64,000 bases of DNA from an uncultured cyanobacterium (GCA_963740315.1 CAVUDP010000002.1:1856001-1920000), one strand, 5' to 3'. Numbered from the stretch's first letter, positions 49,667-61,400 are shown. Made by a program: numbers and translations. Notes: a model not told the origin generated them from the sequence alone.

Positions 49667-50011
49667 TTACGGTCTGCCGCCATAAGGACGAATTGCGTTG
49701 ACGTTTTCCCGGAATTGCTCTACATCTTCGGTATATCTAATCGGTAGAACGTATTCGAGGTTTTCGTGGGGACGAGCGATGATGTGAGTAGACAATACTT
49801 GTCCGCCGTTAACTCGCTTCACCGACTCAACTCCCGCTCCAACGCTCGCTTGTACTTCAGATACGTCTCCTCTGACAATCACGGTTACGCGCCCAGTACC
49901 AATTTTTTCGTATCCCACCAAGGTTACGCGAGCAGCTTTCACCATCGCATCTGCTGCTTCTACAACTGCTGGAAAACCCAGAGTTTCAACCATTCCGACT
50001 GCAATCGACAT
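49667..50011 (-). CDS. ccmK1: Carboxysome shell protein CcmK (long form)
   Basis: BMC domain with a C-terminal extension, 114 aa. Confidence 0.9.
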   Translation of the reverse strand: MSIAVGMVETLGFPAVVEAADAMVKAARVTLVGYEKIGTGRVTVIVRGDVSEVQASVGAGVESVKRVNGGQVLSTHIIARPHENLEYVLPIRYTEDVEQFRENVNAIRPYGGRP

Positions 50012-50336
50012 TACTTTTAATCCTCAAATATCTTGCTAAAACCGCGCACTACGGCATTTCAACTTTAAGAAGTTAACCGCTTGAAAAAAACTGTTAAACC
50101 ATACAGTAAAAACTTAGCGATCGGCAGTTTCGTCTACAAAAGGGGGATAGTCGGGCAAACCATACAGTTCGACCAATAATTCCCAGCGATCGGCAGTAAT
50201 TTTAACTACTAGACTTTCAATAAATATTCAATTTTTACAGAAATGATTTACTGTAATAATGGCATTTTTCTGATTTTTGCTCTAATTCCCTCTGCATAAA
50301 TCCAATATTCGCCCAATCCTGATTTATTCAAAACCG

Positions 50337-50645
50337 TTAAGTTCGGAATTGTTCCACTGCTTCGGTATACCTGATCGGCAGAACGTATTCCAAGTTCTCG
50401 TGAGGACGGGCAATAATGTGAGTGGAAACAACTTCACCACCGTTTACTCTTCTTGCTGCTTCGATACCTGCTGCAACTGAAGCTTGTACCTCCGAAACAT
50501 CTCCCCGAACAATTACAGTTACGCGGGCACTACCGATTTTTTCGTAGCCCACCAAGGTAACGCGAGCGGCTTTCACCATCGCATCCGCTGCTTCTACTAC
50601 TGCCGGGAACCCCTTGGTTTCAATCATTCCAACTGCTATAGGCAT
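50337..50645 (-). CDS. ccmK2: Carboxysome shell protein CcmK (short form)
   Basis: BMC domain, 102 aa, ending EAVEQFRT. Confidence 0.9.
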   Translation of the reverse strand: MPIAVGMIETKGFPAVVEAADAMVKAARVTLVGYEKIGSARVTVIVRGDVSEVQASVAAGIEAARRVNGGEVVSTHIIARPHENLEYVLPIRYTEAVEQFRT

Positions 50646-51255
50646 TTACAGACTCCAACAAGTTAATTCGATTCGTACTTTAGAGACGAAGGTTTTTCTG
50701 ACGGGGATGCTCATGAGAGCTTAAAAAAAAACCTTCTTAAATAAGCATATGAAAGCTTTGCACCCCTTGCAATATAAATTAGTATAATAGTTTGTAATAA
50801 AAGCATTTTAAAAAACTTAACATAACTTTGAGGGGCACTTACTCCATTAAAGAAATTTACAATTTCTAGAGTAGCCACTTATGCTTTATAATTTCTTTAT
50901 TACATTTGCCCAAACTAGGTTCGTAGAGTCGTAAATTAAGTAGGCACGAGGAATGACTTCACCCCCAAAGGGTAAGAACTAAGTCTTTCCTCTAGAATAG
51001 TTATTGGTGCAAAACAGACATATATAAGTTTTTCCCAGTGGATAGATAAATTGAAATATTTCAATTAGGAAATGCCAAACAATGAGTCAGGATGATTTAT
51101 TCAAAAAAATGATTTTTTGGTTTAGTAAGCTTTGGTAAATTATAGCCAAAAAAAGAATAATTTTAGAAAATACAGCTTTGTGAAATAAATGTAGACTGTA
51201 TCGAGTATTGCTGACGGGGAAATTTATGAAAGGCTATTTGTAGCGGTTAATTTAG

Positions 51256-53112
51256 ATGAATCAGTTTCTATTTTCAACAACTTGGGTTTTGCCTTTGTAT
51301 GGATTCATCGGTGCGCTGTTAGCTTTGCCTTGGGCAATGGGATTAGTTAAGCGTACCGGACCAAGACCAGCAGCTTATTTAAATTTACTAACAACAGGTT
51401 TCGCTTTTTTTCATAGTTTATTAGTATTTATAGAAACTTGGGATAGCGAACCAGAAAGTTATATTCTCAACTGGTTTTCTGCGGCGGGTTTAAATTTATC
51501 TTTTGAATTAGATATATCATCAGTAGGTGTTGGTGCAACGGTAATGATAGCCGGACTTAGTTTGCTCGCACAAATTTATGCTCTAGGCTATTTAGAAAAA
51601 GATTGGGCGATCGCCAGATTTTTTGCTTTGATGGGTTTTTTTGAAGGGGCATTGAGTGCTTTAGCTATTAGCGATTCTTTGTTACTCACCTACATGGTAT
51701 TAGAAGTATTAACTCTTTCAACTTATTTATTAGTAGGATTTTGGTATGCTCAACCGTTGGTAGTTACGGCGGCGCGAGATGCATTTCTCACTAAGCGAGT
51801 AGGAGATTTATTACTGTTGATGGGTGTGGTAGCCATCGGGACTATGGCAGGTAGTTGGGATTTTTCCGACTTATATGAATGGGCGCAAACGGCACAGTTG
51901 AGTCCGTTGACATCAACTTTATTAGGTTTAGCATTAATTGCCGGACCTACTGGTAAATGCGCTCAGTTTCCTCTAAATTTGTGGTTGGATGAAGCGATGG
52001 AAGGTCCCAACCCAGCTTCAGTATTACGAAACTCCCTGGTAGTTGGGGGTGGTGCTTACGTACTTTACAAATTGGAGCCAATTTTAGCTTTATCGCCAGT
52101 AGCCTTAAATACGTTATTAGTTATCGGTACGGTAACGGCGGTAGGTGGAAGTTTAGTTTCTATAGCCCAGATAGACATCAAGCGAACTTTATCTCATTCA
52201 ACCAGTGCATACATGGGGTTAGTGTTTGTTGCAGCAGGTATGCAGCAAGGTGGTGTAGCGTTGTTATTACTGTTTACCCACGCGATCGCCAAAGCTTTAT
52301 TATTTATGAGTGCTGGTTCGGTAATTTATACTACTCATAGCCAAGATATCACCGAAATGGGCGGGTTGTGGTCGCGGATGCCCGCAACAACTACAGCTTT
52401 TATTGTCGGTTCGGCAGGTATGGTAACGCTGTTGCCGATGGGAAGCTTTTGGGCAATGCTGTCATGGGCTGATGGTTTTATCGTAACCAGCCCTTGGGTA
52501 ATTGGAATTCTGATTGCTGTAAATGGTTTGACAGCCTTAAATTTGACACGAGTATTTCGATTAGCCTTCTGGGGAGAACCGCAACAAAAAACCCGTCGAA
52601 CTCCTGAAGTGCATTGGCCGATGGCATTACCAATGGTATCGCTAACTGTAATTACTTTGTTGGTACCCGTAATGCTTCAGCAATGGTACCTGTTACCTAC
52701 TTGGAACAGTATCAATTGGTATGTATTAGCAGCATTGGTATCTTCAACCTTACTGGGAGTAATTATTGGTTCCACAATTTATCTGCATAAAGCTTGGTCT
52801 AGATCCAGAGTATTAGCGTGGAGATTCATCCAAGACTTATTAGGATACGACTTTTATATAGACCGTCTTTATCGAGTAACGGTAGTCGGTGCTGTAGGGT
52901 GGCTATCAAAAATTTCTGCCTGGAGCGATCGCTTTTTAGTAGATGGATTCGTAAATCTAGTAGGTTTTGCCGCAATTTTCAGCGGACAAAGCTTAAAATA
53001 CAGTATTTCCGGACGTTCCCAAGGTTACTTGCTAACTATCGTCTTTGGAGTCAGTTTAATCGGCTTATTTATTAGTTGGTCATTGGGATTACTTGATAGT
53101 TTACCGTTTTAG
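51256..53112 (+). CDS. ndhF4: NDH-1 subunit F4 (constitutive CO2 uptake)
   Basis: ND5-like; RTGPRPAAY.N and WLDEAMEGPNPAS; operon with ndhD and cupB, divergent from ccmK. Confidence 0.9.
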   Translation: MNQFLFSTTWVLPLYGFIGALLALPWAMGLVKRTGPRPAAYLNLLTTGFAFFHSLLVFIETWDSEPESYILNWFSAAGLNLSFELDISSVGVGATVMIAGLSLLAQIYALGYLEKDWAIARFFALMGFFEGALSALAISDSLLLTYMVLEVLTLSTYLLVGFWYAQPLVVTAARDAFLTKRVGDLLLLMGVVAIGTMAGSWDFSDLYEWAQTAQLSPLTSTLLGLALIAGPTGKCAQFPLNLWLDEAMEGPNPASVLRNSLVVGGGAYVLYKLEPILALSPVALNTLLVIGTVTAVGGSLVSIAQIDIKRTLSHSTSAYMGLVFVAAGMQQGGVALLLLFTHAIAKALLFMSAGSVIYTTHSQDITEMGGLWSRMPATTTAFIVGSAGMVTLLPMGSFWAMLSWADGFIVTSPWVIGILIAVNGLTALNLTRVFRLAFWGEPQQKTRRTPEVHWPMALPMVSLTVITLLVPVMLQQWYLLPTWNSINWYVLAALVSSTLLGVIIGSTIYLHKAWSRSRVLAWRFIQDLLGYDFYIDRLYRVTVVGAVGWLSKISAWSDRFLVDGFVNLVGFAAIFSGQSLKYSISGRSQGYLLTIVFGVSLIGLFISWSLGLLDSLPF

Positions 53113-53137
53113 GAAGGTCAAAGGTTAAAGGTCAAAG

Positions 53138-53290
53138 GTTAAAGGTTAAGAGTTAGGACCACCGGAGTTAGGAGTTAAGAATTTATATTTAAAAATTCTC
53201 CCCATCCCCCCATCTCCTTGTCCCCCCATCCCCCTCTTCCCCCTCTCCCCCTCTCCCCATCCCCCCATCTCCCCATCCCCCCATCCCTCA
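53138..53290. repeat. Composite STRR unit plus (CCCCCAT)n array
   Basis: First 66 bp is the inverted copy of 47317-47382. Confidence 0.85.
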
Positions 53291-53297
53291 ATTCCCC

Positions 53298-54788
53298 ATG
53301 CTCAGTATTTTAATTTTGCTACCGCTCTTAGGTGCAGCTTTGATTGGGTTTTCCCCTGTTGCTATAACGCCAAAAGTTTCTCGCGGAGTCGCTTTAACTG
53401 TAGCTGCGATTTGTTTGTTGTGGACTTTAGTTCTTGCTAGTCAATTTAACATGCAGGAAGTTAATCAACAGTTTACGGAATTCATCCCTTGGATAGATGC
53501 GTTAGGTTTCAATTATCAGATTGGTATTGATGGTTTATCTTTACCTCTGTTGATATTAAATTCATTGTTAACTTTGATAGCTGTTTATAGCAGTGACAGA
53601 GGCATATCGCGCGATCGATTGTATTATTCTCTGTTACTGCTGTTAAACGTAGGGGTTACGGGAGCGTTTTTATCGCAAGATTTGCTGCTATTTTTCCTGT
53701 TTTACGAATTGGAATTAATTCCCCTGTATTTGCTGATTGCTATATGGGGTGGTGAACGTCGGGGTTATGCCGCGACGAAGTTTTTGATTTATACTGCTGT
53801 TTCCGGAATTCTGGTTTTAGCAAGTTTCCTTGGCTTGGTTTGGCTAAGCGGTGCCTCTAGTTTTGGATTGGATAGCATACAGACAAGCTCCATACCATTA
53901 GCCACACAAATCTTGCTGCTAGTAGGGATTTTAATTGGTTTTGGCATCAAAATCCCCTTGGTTCCCTTGCATACCTGGCTACCAGATGCTCACGTCGAAG
54001 CTTCCACACCAATTTCCGTATTGCTGGCTGGCGTACTCCTCAAACTCGGAACTTACGGCATACTCCGCTTTGGAATGTACCTCTTACCAGACGCTTGGAC
54101 ATACTTAAGTCCTTGGCTGGCAACTTGGGCAGTAGTTAGCGTGCTTTACGGCGCATCTTGTGCGATCGCGCAAACAGACATGAAAAAAATGGTGGCTTAC
54201 AGTTCCGTGGCACACATGGGCTACATACTTTTAGGTGCTGCGGCTGCGACACCTTTAAGCATATTAGGTACCGTAATGCAAATGCTTAGTCATGGTTTAA
54301 TTTCAGCGCTGCTATTTTTACTAGTGGGAATTGTCTATAAAAAAGCAGGCAGCCGCGATTTAAATGTTGTCCAAGGATTGCTAAACCCAGAAAAAGGCTT
54401 ACCTTTAATTGGAAGCTTGATGGTTTTAGGAGTAATGGCAAGTGCGGGTATACCGGGAATGGTTGGATTTATTTCGGAATTTGTGGTATTTCGTGCCTGT
54501 TTTGCAGTTTTTCCGATACAAACCTTATTGTGCATGATTGGAACCGGGTTAACTGCTGTTTACTTATTGATTCTGATGAGTAAAGCCTTTTTCGGACGCT
54601 TATCCGAACAAGTAACTAATTTGCCCCAAGTCTACTGGTCGGATAGGATACCAGCGATCGTTTTAGCAGTGTTAATAGTAATTTTTGGCATCCAGCCCAA
54701 TTGGATCGCACGTTTGACGGAACCAACCACAAACGCAATGATAATTAATATGCAAAATCCGATTGTAAACGTGTCTTTTAATAATTAG
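53298..54788 (+). CDS. ndhD4: NDH-1 subunit D4
   Basis: ND4-like; FYELELIPLY, HTWLPDAHVEAS and KKMVAYSS. Confidence 0.9.
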   Translation: MLSILILLPLLGAALIGFSPVAITPKVSRGVALTVAAICLLWTLVLASQFNMQEVNQQFTEFIPWIDALGFNYQIGIDGLSLPLLILNSLLTLIAVYSSDRGISRDRLYYSLLLLLNVGVTGAFLSQDLLLFFLFYELELIPLYLLIAIWGGERRGYAATKFLIYTAVSGILVLASFLGLVWLSGASSFGLDSIQTSSIPLATQILLLVGILIGFGIKIPLVPLHTWLPDAHVEASTPISVLLAGVLLKLGTYGILRFGMYLLPDAWTYLSPWLATWAVVSVLYGASCAIAQTDMKKMVAYSSVAHMGYILLGAAAATPLSILGTVMQMLSHGLISALLFLLVGIVYKKAGSRDLNVVQGLLNPEKGLPLIGSLMVLGVMASAGIPGMVGFISEFVVFRACFAVFPIQTLLCMIGTGLTAVYLLILMSKAFFGRLSEQVTNLPQVYWSDRIPAIVLAVLIVIFGIQPNWIARLTEPTTNAMIINMQNPIVNVSFNN

Positions 54789-54891
54789 TGGTTAGTTGTT
54801 AGTTGTTAGTTGTTAGTTATGAATTAGCAATTACCAATTAGCAATTACCAATTAGCAATTACCAATTATCAATATTTTAGGAGAAATCTTT

Positions 54892-56070
54892 ATGGTGGGA
54901 ACTACTACTAAAAAAAATACACTTATTAAGCATCCTTTAGCAGAATATATCGAAGGTTTATTAAATGGTGATGCATTACTTCTTGATACTCCAGAAAATT
55001 TAATTGAAGTAGTCGGGGTTCTTCACAGTTACGGTATTGTGTTGGATGCTTATTCAAATAATCTAATATACTTTGCCGAAAATCAATTTTTAGTATTCTT
55101 CCCGTTTTTCAAGTATTTTAACGGCGAAATAAACTTTAAAAAACTATTGCGTCACTGGCAACACGACAGAATTAATTACGAATACGCCGAATACTGCATG
55201 AAATCAATGATGTGGCACGGTGGTGGTGGATTAGATAAATACGTTGATTCAAAAGAATTTAAACGTTTAGCGCAAGCAGTTATCAACGCAAAGTTTAAAA
55301 ATAACCCAATAGTTTTGGGCGTAAACGAACTGTTTCCCGACTTTTTAAGCGAACAGTTACGAGTTTGCTCTTATTACAGCGGTTTGGGACAATTTTGGCG
55401 CGTCATGTCTGATGCATTCATGAGTTTATCAGACCTCTACGACAAAGGTGAAATTACATCAATTTCTCAAGTTGTAGATCATATAAAAGCGGGTTTGGTA
55501 GCAAACGCGAGTAATCCGATTACCTATAGCGTGAAAATTCGGGATAAAGTTTATGACATAATTCCCCAAAAAGCTGGTTTAACCTTTTTGATGGATACAG
55601 CCGTTCCTTATGTAGAAGCAATTTTTTTCCGAGGAACGCCTTTTCACGGTACAGTTTCCTACAACGCTCAAGCGTATCAAATTCCCCCCGATCAAGCAAG
55701 ATTTCAGTACGGCGCACTGTATGCCGATCCCTTACCAATCGGCGGTGCGGGAATTCCTCCGACATTATTAATGCAGGATATGCGTCACTATTTACCCGAA
55801 TATTTACACGAAATATATCGCCAAACTCGTCGCGGCGAAGACGACTTGCTAGTGCAAATTTGTAAAAGCTTTCAAAAATCTATGTACTGCGTGACTACAT
55901 CTACAATTTTAGGATTAATGCCTTATCCCGCAGATACTAGCGAACCTGACGAGCAAGAAGCCAATCAAGTGTACTTGAAAAGCTGGATGGATAGATTAAT
56001 AAATTCGCAATTGCAAGCAGCAAACGCACAGCCTATAGCTTGTGAAGTTGCTTTACCAAAATGGATGTAG
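54892..56070 (+). CDS. cupB: CO2 hydration protein CupB (ChpX)
   Basis: HDRINYEYAEYC...MMWHGGG and GIPPTLLMQDMRHYLP; 392 aa with no cupS downstream. Confidence 0.9.
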   Translation: MVGTTTKKNTLIKHPLAEYIEGLLNGDALLLDTPENLIEVVGVLHSYGIVLDAYSNNLIYFAENQFLVFFPFFKYFNGEINFKKLLRHWQHDRINYEYAEYCMKSMMWHGGGGLDKYVDSKEFKRLAQAVINAKFKNNPIVLGVNELFPDFLSEQLRVCSYYSGLGQFWRVMSDAFMSLSDLYDKGEITSISQVVDHIKAGLVANASNPITYSVKIRDKVYDIIPQKAGLTFLMDTAVPYVEAIFFRGTPFHGTVSYNAQAYQIPPDQARFQYGALYADPLPIGGAGIPPTLLMQDMRHYLPEYLHEIYRQTRRGEDDLLVQICKSFQKSMYCVTTSTILGLMPYPADTSEPDEQEANQVYLKSWMDRLINSQLQAANAQPIACEVALPKWM

Positions 56071-56168
56071 AGAAGGTTAAAGGTTAAAAATAAAAAAGCT
56101 TTTGTTTGTAGATATATTTATTTGATGGGCATTTAGCCTGTCATTTTTTTTGATGGTGATTTAAATTC

Positions 56169-57126
56169 ATGACCGAAACAAATACGAATTACGATAGCCC
56201 TTGGAAGGAAATTATTGAAGAATATTTTCCGCAGTTTCTCGAATTCTTCTTTTATGAAGCTTATAGCGAAATAGATTGGGAACGTCCCTATGAATTTTTA
56301 GATTCCGAATTACAACAGTTAGAACCAGACGCGGAAGTTGGCAAGCGATTAGTAGATAAAGTGGCGAAAGTTTGGCTGCTGAATGGTGAAGAAGCTTGGG
56401 TATTAATTCATGTGGAAGTGCAAGGACAATATGACAGAAAATTCCCCGAACGAATGTACATTTATAATTATCGTTTGTTTGACCGACATAAAAAGCGAGT
56501 TATAAGTTTAGCAGTTTTAGCAGACAACGATATAAATTGGCGACCTGAAAGTTACAGCTATCAACTAGGCGGATGTCGGGTGAGTTTGGAATTTCCTACA
56601 GTAAAATTGTTAGACTATGAAGCACAATGGCAAACCTTAGAAGAAACGGAAAATCCCTTTGGGTTAGTTGTAATGGCGCATTTGAAAACCAAAGCAACCA
56701 GCCAAAATCCGGAAAGTCGAATGAGCGTGGAAGTTAAGACTTGTTAGAAGTCTTTTCACAAAGGGATATAGCCGAGAAGAAATTATTCGATTATTCCGGT
56801 TTATCGACTGGATAATGTTTCTACCCAAAGAATTAGCAACTAGTTTTAAAGTCGAACTCAGAAATGATGAGGAGGCAAATAGAATGCGTTATGTAACTAG
56901 TATTGAAAGATTAGCAAAGGAAGAAGGAGTTGAGCAAGGAATTCTTCAAAATGCACGAGAAAATGTGATTGAAACTTTATCAACTCGATTTGAAGAAGTG
57001 CCAACACAAGTTGCTGAAGCTATTAATCAAATAGAAGATGTTGCCTTTTTAAAAAGTTTGCTTAGAAGGGCAATTCTTGTTAATTCAATCGCAGAATTTG
57101 AGGAAGATTTAGCCGAAAGCGATTAA
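56169..57126 (+). pseudogene. Rpn-like PD-(D/E)XK gene with a +1 frameshift near 56721-56724
   Basis: YDSPWKE, VDKVAKV and LIHVEVQ; after ATG-A-GCG-TGG the shifted frame continues AWKLRLVRSLF..GYSREEIIRLFRFIDWIM into ORF 56815..57126. Confidence 0.8.
56884..57126 (+). CDS. Internal-start C-terminal module (RpnS-like)
   Basis: GAGGAGG then ATG 56884 (MRYVTSIERLAKEEG). Confidence 0.6.
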   Translation: MRYVTSIERLAKEEGVEQGILQNARENVIETLSTRFEEVPTQVAEAINQIEDVAFLKSLLRRAILVNSIAEFEEDLAESD

Positions 57127-57193
57127 TAGCAACTACAGAAAATTAGCAACTAGTTTTAAAGTCGAACTCAGAAATGATGAGGAGGCAAATAGA

Positions 57194-57424
57194 ATGCGTT
57201 ATGTAACAAGTATTGAAAGATTAGCGAAGGAAGAAGGAATTATTCAAACTCTTCGAGAAAATGTGATTGAAAATTTATCGACTCGATTTGAAGAAGTACC
57301 AACACAAGTTGCTGAAGCTATTAATCAAATAGAAGATGTTACCGTGTTGAAAAGTTTGCTTAGAAGGTCAATTCTTGTTAGTTCGATCGCAGAATTTGAG
57401 GAAGATTTAGCCGAAAGCGATTAA
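57194..57424 (+). CDS. Tandem second copy of the C-terminal module
   Basis: About 300-bp duplication of 56831-57140 including the RBS; diverged but open. Confidence 0.75.
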   Translation: MRYVTSIERLAKEEGIIQTLRENVIENLSTRFEEVPTQVAEAINQIEDVTVLKSLLRRSILVSSIAEFEEDLAESD

Positions 57425-57526
57425 TAACAACTACGGAAAAATATAGAATCCTTTGGCTTAGCTCTTAATTGACTAAGCCATTAAATTTGAAAAATGTATT
57501 ATTCATGTTAAAGGAAATAATTAACA

Positions 57527-58390
57527 GTGCATCCCAAACGCTACAATAATCTCCGCGACATCGAACAACTCGATCCTGTAACCCATCATTGTCAGATTTA
57601 TCATGTGATGACGGGTTATGAGTTTCCTTGGGATACGGTGCGATCGTTGGAAGTTGCTTTGATGCGAACTTTCTGCCTTCCTAGTGTTTCTAAATTGCTG
57701 GATAAAACTGGTGAATTTAACAAACGTCCACAAAAACGCTATGACGATACATCAATTATTGTTGTGGAGATTAGTAAGTGGGGTTACGATCATAGTCGCG
57801 GTAAACAAGCAATTGAACGGATGAATGCGATTCATTCTCGGTTTAAAATTGCTAACGAAGATTTTCTCTACGTGCTTTCAACTTTTATATATGAACCCAT
57901 TCGCTGGAATGCTCGTTTTGGTTGGCGGCAAATGTGCGAAAATGAAAAGTTAGCATCTTTTTATTTTTGGCGGGAAGTAGGAATTAGGATGCATATTCAA
58001 GATATTCCCGAAACCTATGCAGAATTTGAACGTCATAACATCGATTACGAAGAAAAAAATTTCCGTTTTTCAGAAACTAATCGTCGAGTGGGTGAAGCTA
58101 CGCAAAACTTATTTTTAAGCTGGTTCCCTGGGTGGATGCATTCTGCTTTAAAACCTGTAACATTGGCTTTACTTGATGATGGGATGCTTGATGCTTTTGG
58201 ATTTGAACATCCTTCTGGGTTCTTGCGAAATGCAGTTGCAAATAGTTTAAAAATAAAGGCTTTAGCATTACGTTTGTTTCCTCCTCGATTGTCTTCGGAT
58301 TTTTATATTGATTCTCCGATTCGCAGTTATCCAGATGGTTATAAAATCGAAAATGTGGGACAGTTGGTAAAAGAAGAAAGGGCAGAATAA
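57527..58390 (+). CDS. DUF2236 / MpaB-like oxygenase family protein
   Basis: RTF..PS.S.LL..TGEF...PQKRYDDT, RMNAIH and YVLSTF motifs. Confidence 0.8.
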   Translation: MHPKRYNNLRDIEQLDPVTHHCQIYHVMTGYEFPWDTVRSLEVALMRTFCLPSVSKLLDKTGEFNKRPQKRYDDTSIIVVEISKWGYDHSRGKQAIERMNAIHSRFKIANEDFLYVLSTFIYEPIRWNARFGWRQMCENEKLASFYFWREVGIRMHIQDIPETYAEFERHNIDYEEKNFRFSETNRRVGEATQNLFLSWFPGWMHSALKPVTLALLDDGMLDAFGFEHPSGFLRNAVANSLKIKALALRLFPPRLSSDFYIDSPIRSYPDGYKIENVGQLVKEERAE

Positions 58391-58448
58391 ATAACTTTTA
58401 CTGTCACTAACTCCTAACTCCTAACTCTTAAATCCTAACTCTTAAATC

Positions 58449-61400
58449 CTAACTCCTAACTAATTCAACCGCCATATCAACAACTGCATTCGCATCGATG
58501 GGTTTAGATATGTGTTGTTGGAAACCTGCGGAAATTGCTTGTTGCTGATTCACTTCCCCAGCGTAAGCGGTTACAGCAATAGCTGGAATTGATTTACTTT
58601 TCTCGGATGCTCGAATGATTTTTATCAATTCATAACCATCCATTTCGGGCATTCCGATATCGCTAATTAATAAGTCTGGTGTCGATTTGGCAATGCTTTC
58701 AAGTGCTTCTGATGCCGATGCTGCTGTTGTAACTGTTGCACCTTCTTGTTCCAATAAAAAGGCGATTAAGTCACAAGAATCTGGTTCGTCATCTACGACT
58801 AAGATATTTATACCGTTTAAATTAGATGATGTCCGATCTGTTTCTGGTAATATTTTGGTACTATTTACAACTAAAGTACTTGGTATTTCTACTGTAAAAA
58901 TGGCACCTTGTCCTTCTCCGGCGCTGTCTGCGGTTACGGTTCCCCCGTGTAGTTCGACGAGTTGACGGACGATCGCCAATCCCAAACCTAAGCCGCCAAA
59001 TTTACGGGTAGTGGCGCTGTCTTCTTGGCGGAAATGCTCGAAAAGATAGGGGAGAAATTCTTTTTTTATTCCTTTTCCAGTGTCTTTTATCTGGATTTGG
59101 GCGCAGTTTTCAACTTGAGTTAATGTAATCCAGATGTGTCCGCCTTTGGGGGTAAATTTAACTGCATTGGATAAGATATTCCATACTACCTGCTGCAATC
59201 GCCCTTCATCGCCGTTGACTATTCCGATTGATGATGCTTTTGCGGTATGGATGTGAATGGATTTGGCTTCTGCGGCTAAACGAACTGTTTCTAAAGCGGA
59301 TTGGATGACGGTTGCGAGATTTACGGGGGCTTCATTTAAGCTGAGTTTACCCCGGAGAATTCGGGAAATATCGAGCAAATCGTCTATTAGTTGCGTTTGT
59401 AGTTTGGCGTTGCGTTCGATGGTTTCGAGGGCTATTTCTGTTTTCTTAGCGTTAAGATTACCTTTTTGTAATATTTTTGACCAGCCCAAAATCGGATTTA
59501 AAGGAGTGCGTAATTCGTGGGAAAGTACCGCCAAAAATTCATCTTTGATGCGGTTGGCTTGTTCTGCGGCTTCGCGGGCTGCTTGTTCGCGTTGCAGAAT
59601 TCTTTCTCGTTCTTGCTGCATAGCTACCCGTTCTCGAATATCGCGGGTGACGGTGGCAAATGCTACGATTTCGTTAGTTTGCAAATCCCTAATTGCAAAG
59701 GCACTGTAATCAACGGGAATTGCTTCCCCGGTTTGGAAATGACGAAAGTTAATCTCACCACGCCATAATCCTTGGCGTATCATGGTTTCTATAATCACAT
59801 CCCGCACGTAGGCTTTGTCTTCTGGGAAGAAATAATCAAGAATTTCCGTTTCGAGTGCTGCTTCCAGGTTTTCAAGTCCCATAAGACGGCAACCAGCCGG
59901 ATTTACGTACACACCTTTACCCTCTGGTGTTGCTATCCCAATAAAATCTGTACTGTTGTCAACCAAAGCAGCGAGTTGCTGTAGTTGGATTTCGGCTTGC
60001 TTGCGTTCGGTAACATCACGAGCTATTGAGTAAAGAACCTGCTGTTCGGGGAAAGCAGAAACATTCCATGAAAGCCAGCGGTAGGAACCATCTTTATTGC
60101 GGTAGCGGTTTTCAAATCCGATGGTGTTAATTCCTCGTGCCAGTTTTTCGGCTTCTGCTAAAGTTAGGCTTCTATCGTCGGGATGGATAAATTCAAGATA
60201 GGGCTTTGTTGTCAGTTCTGTGGGAGTCAAACCTAACGTTCTTTCCCAAGCCGGATTTACCTGAGTGAAGTAACCTTCTAAATTACAAATCGCCAGCATA
60301 TCTCCAGACAAGTTGAAAAATCTATCTCGTTCTTGGGTAACTTGTTTGAGTTGGGTTAAGTCGAGTACAAAGGTGATAATTTCTTGATTTTCGTTAAAAG
60401 GTTCGTTGAGTAAAGCCGCTCCAATTAAAATCGGAATTCGCCGCCCATCTTTATGACGATATTCTTTCTCGTAAGGCGTGCAAACTCCTTTTGCAATTAC
60501 TTCTTGAATTGCTTTATCATCCAACGGTGCAAATTCTGGCGGAGTCAATTCGTCCCAACGTACTTTATCAGATTGCATTTCTGCCGATGTATAGCCGATG
60601 ATGTTTAATAAATAGTCGTTGGCGTAATGCAAACCACCAAAGCGATCGCAAATAACAACCCCGAACATATTCGACTCTACCAACCGCCGCAACCGTCGCT
60701 CGCTTTGTCGCAGTTGTTCGTCTGCTCGCTTGCGTTCGGTAATATCCATTATCATCCCCACCATTTTTAGGGGATTTCCCAACCGATCGGAAATGCATCT
60801 TGCCCGAATCAAAACCCAGTGAATGCTGTTATCATCCCAAATATTGCGGTATTCCACATCGCAATCAGTATCGTTGGCGATCGCCTGCTGTAATGATTCC
60901 TGCACCCGAACTTTATCTTCCGGGTGTATTTGCTCAAATAGTATTTCATAAGTGAAATCGGCATCAGGAGATAAACCGAAGTTTGCTTTGCACTGCTCGG
61001 AGGTAATAAGTTGATTGCTTCTCAAGTCGAGTTGACAATTACCAAGTTTAGCCGTTTTTAATGCTAACTTAAGCTGTTCTTGACTTTCGCGCAATGCTAA
61101 CTCTGCTTGTTTTTGTTCGGTGATATCCTCGCTAACACCCGCCAATCGGTAAGGCTGCCCGTTCTCATCGTTGACGACAAAACCGCGATCGCGCACCCAG
61201 CGAATCGAACCATCGGGACGAATAATCCGATATTCTTCTTCTTGAGAACCGTTTTTAATACATCGCTCCCAAATGTCTTGCAATTGATGTCTGTCTTCGG
61301 GGTGAACCGTTTCCACCCAATTGCTCAAATCAACGTACACTGATTCGCACGAACGTCCCCAAATTTTTTCGTAAGCTGGTGAAATATAAAGATGCTGTTG

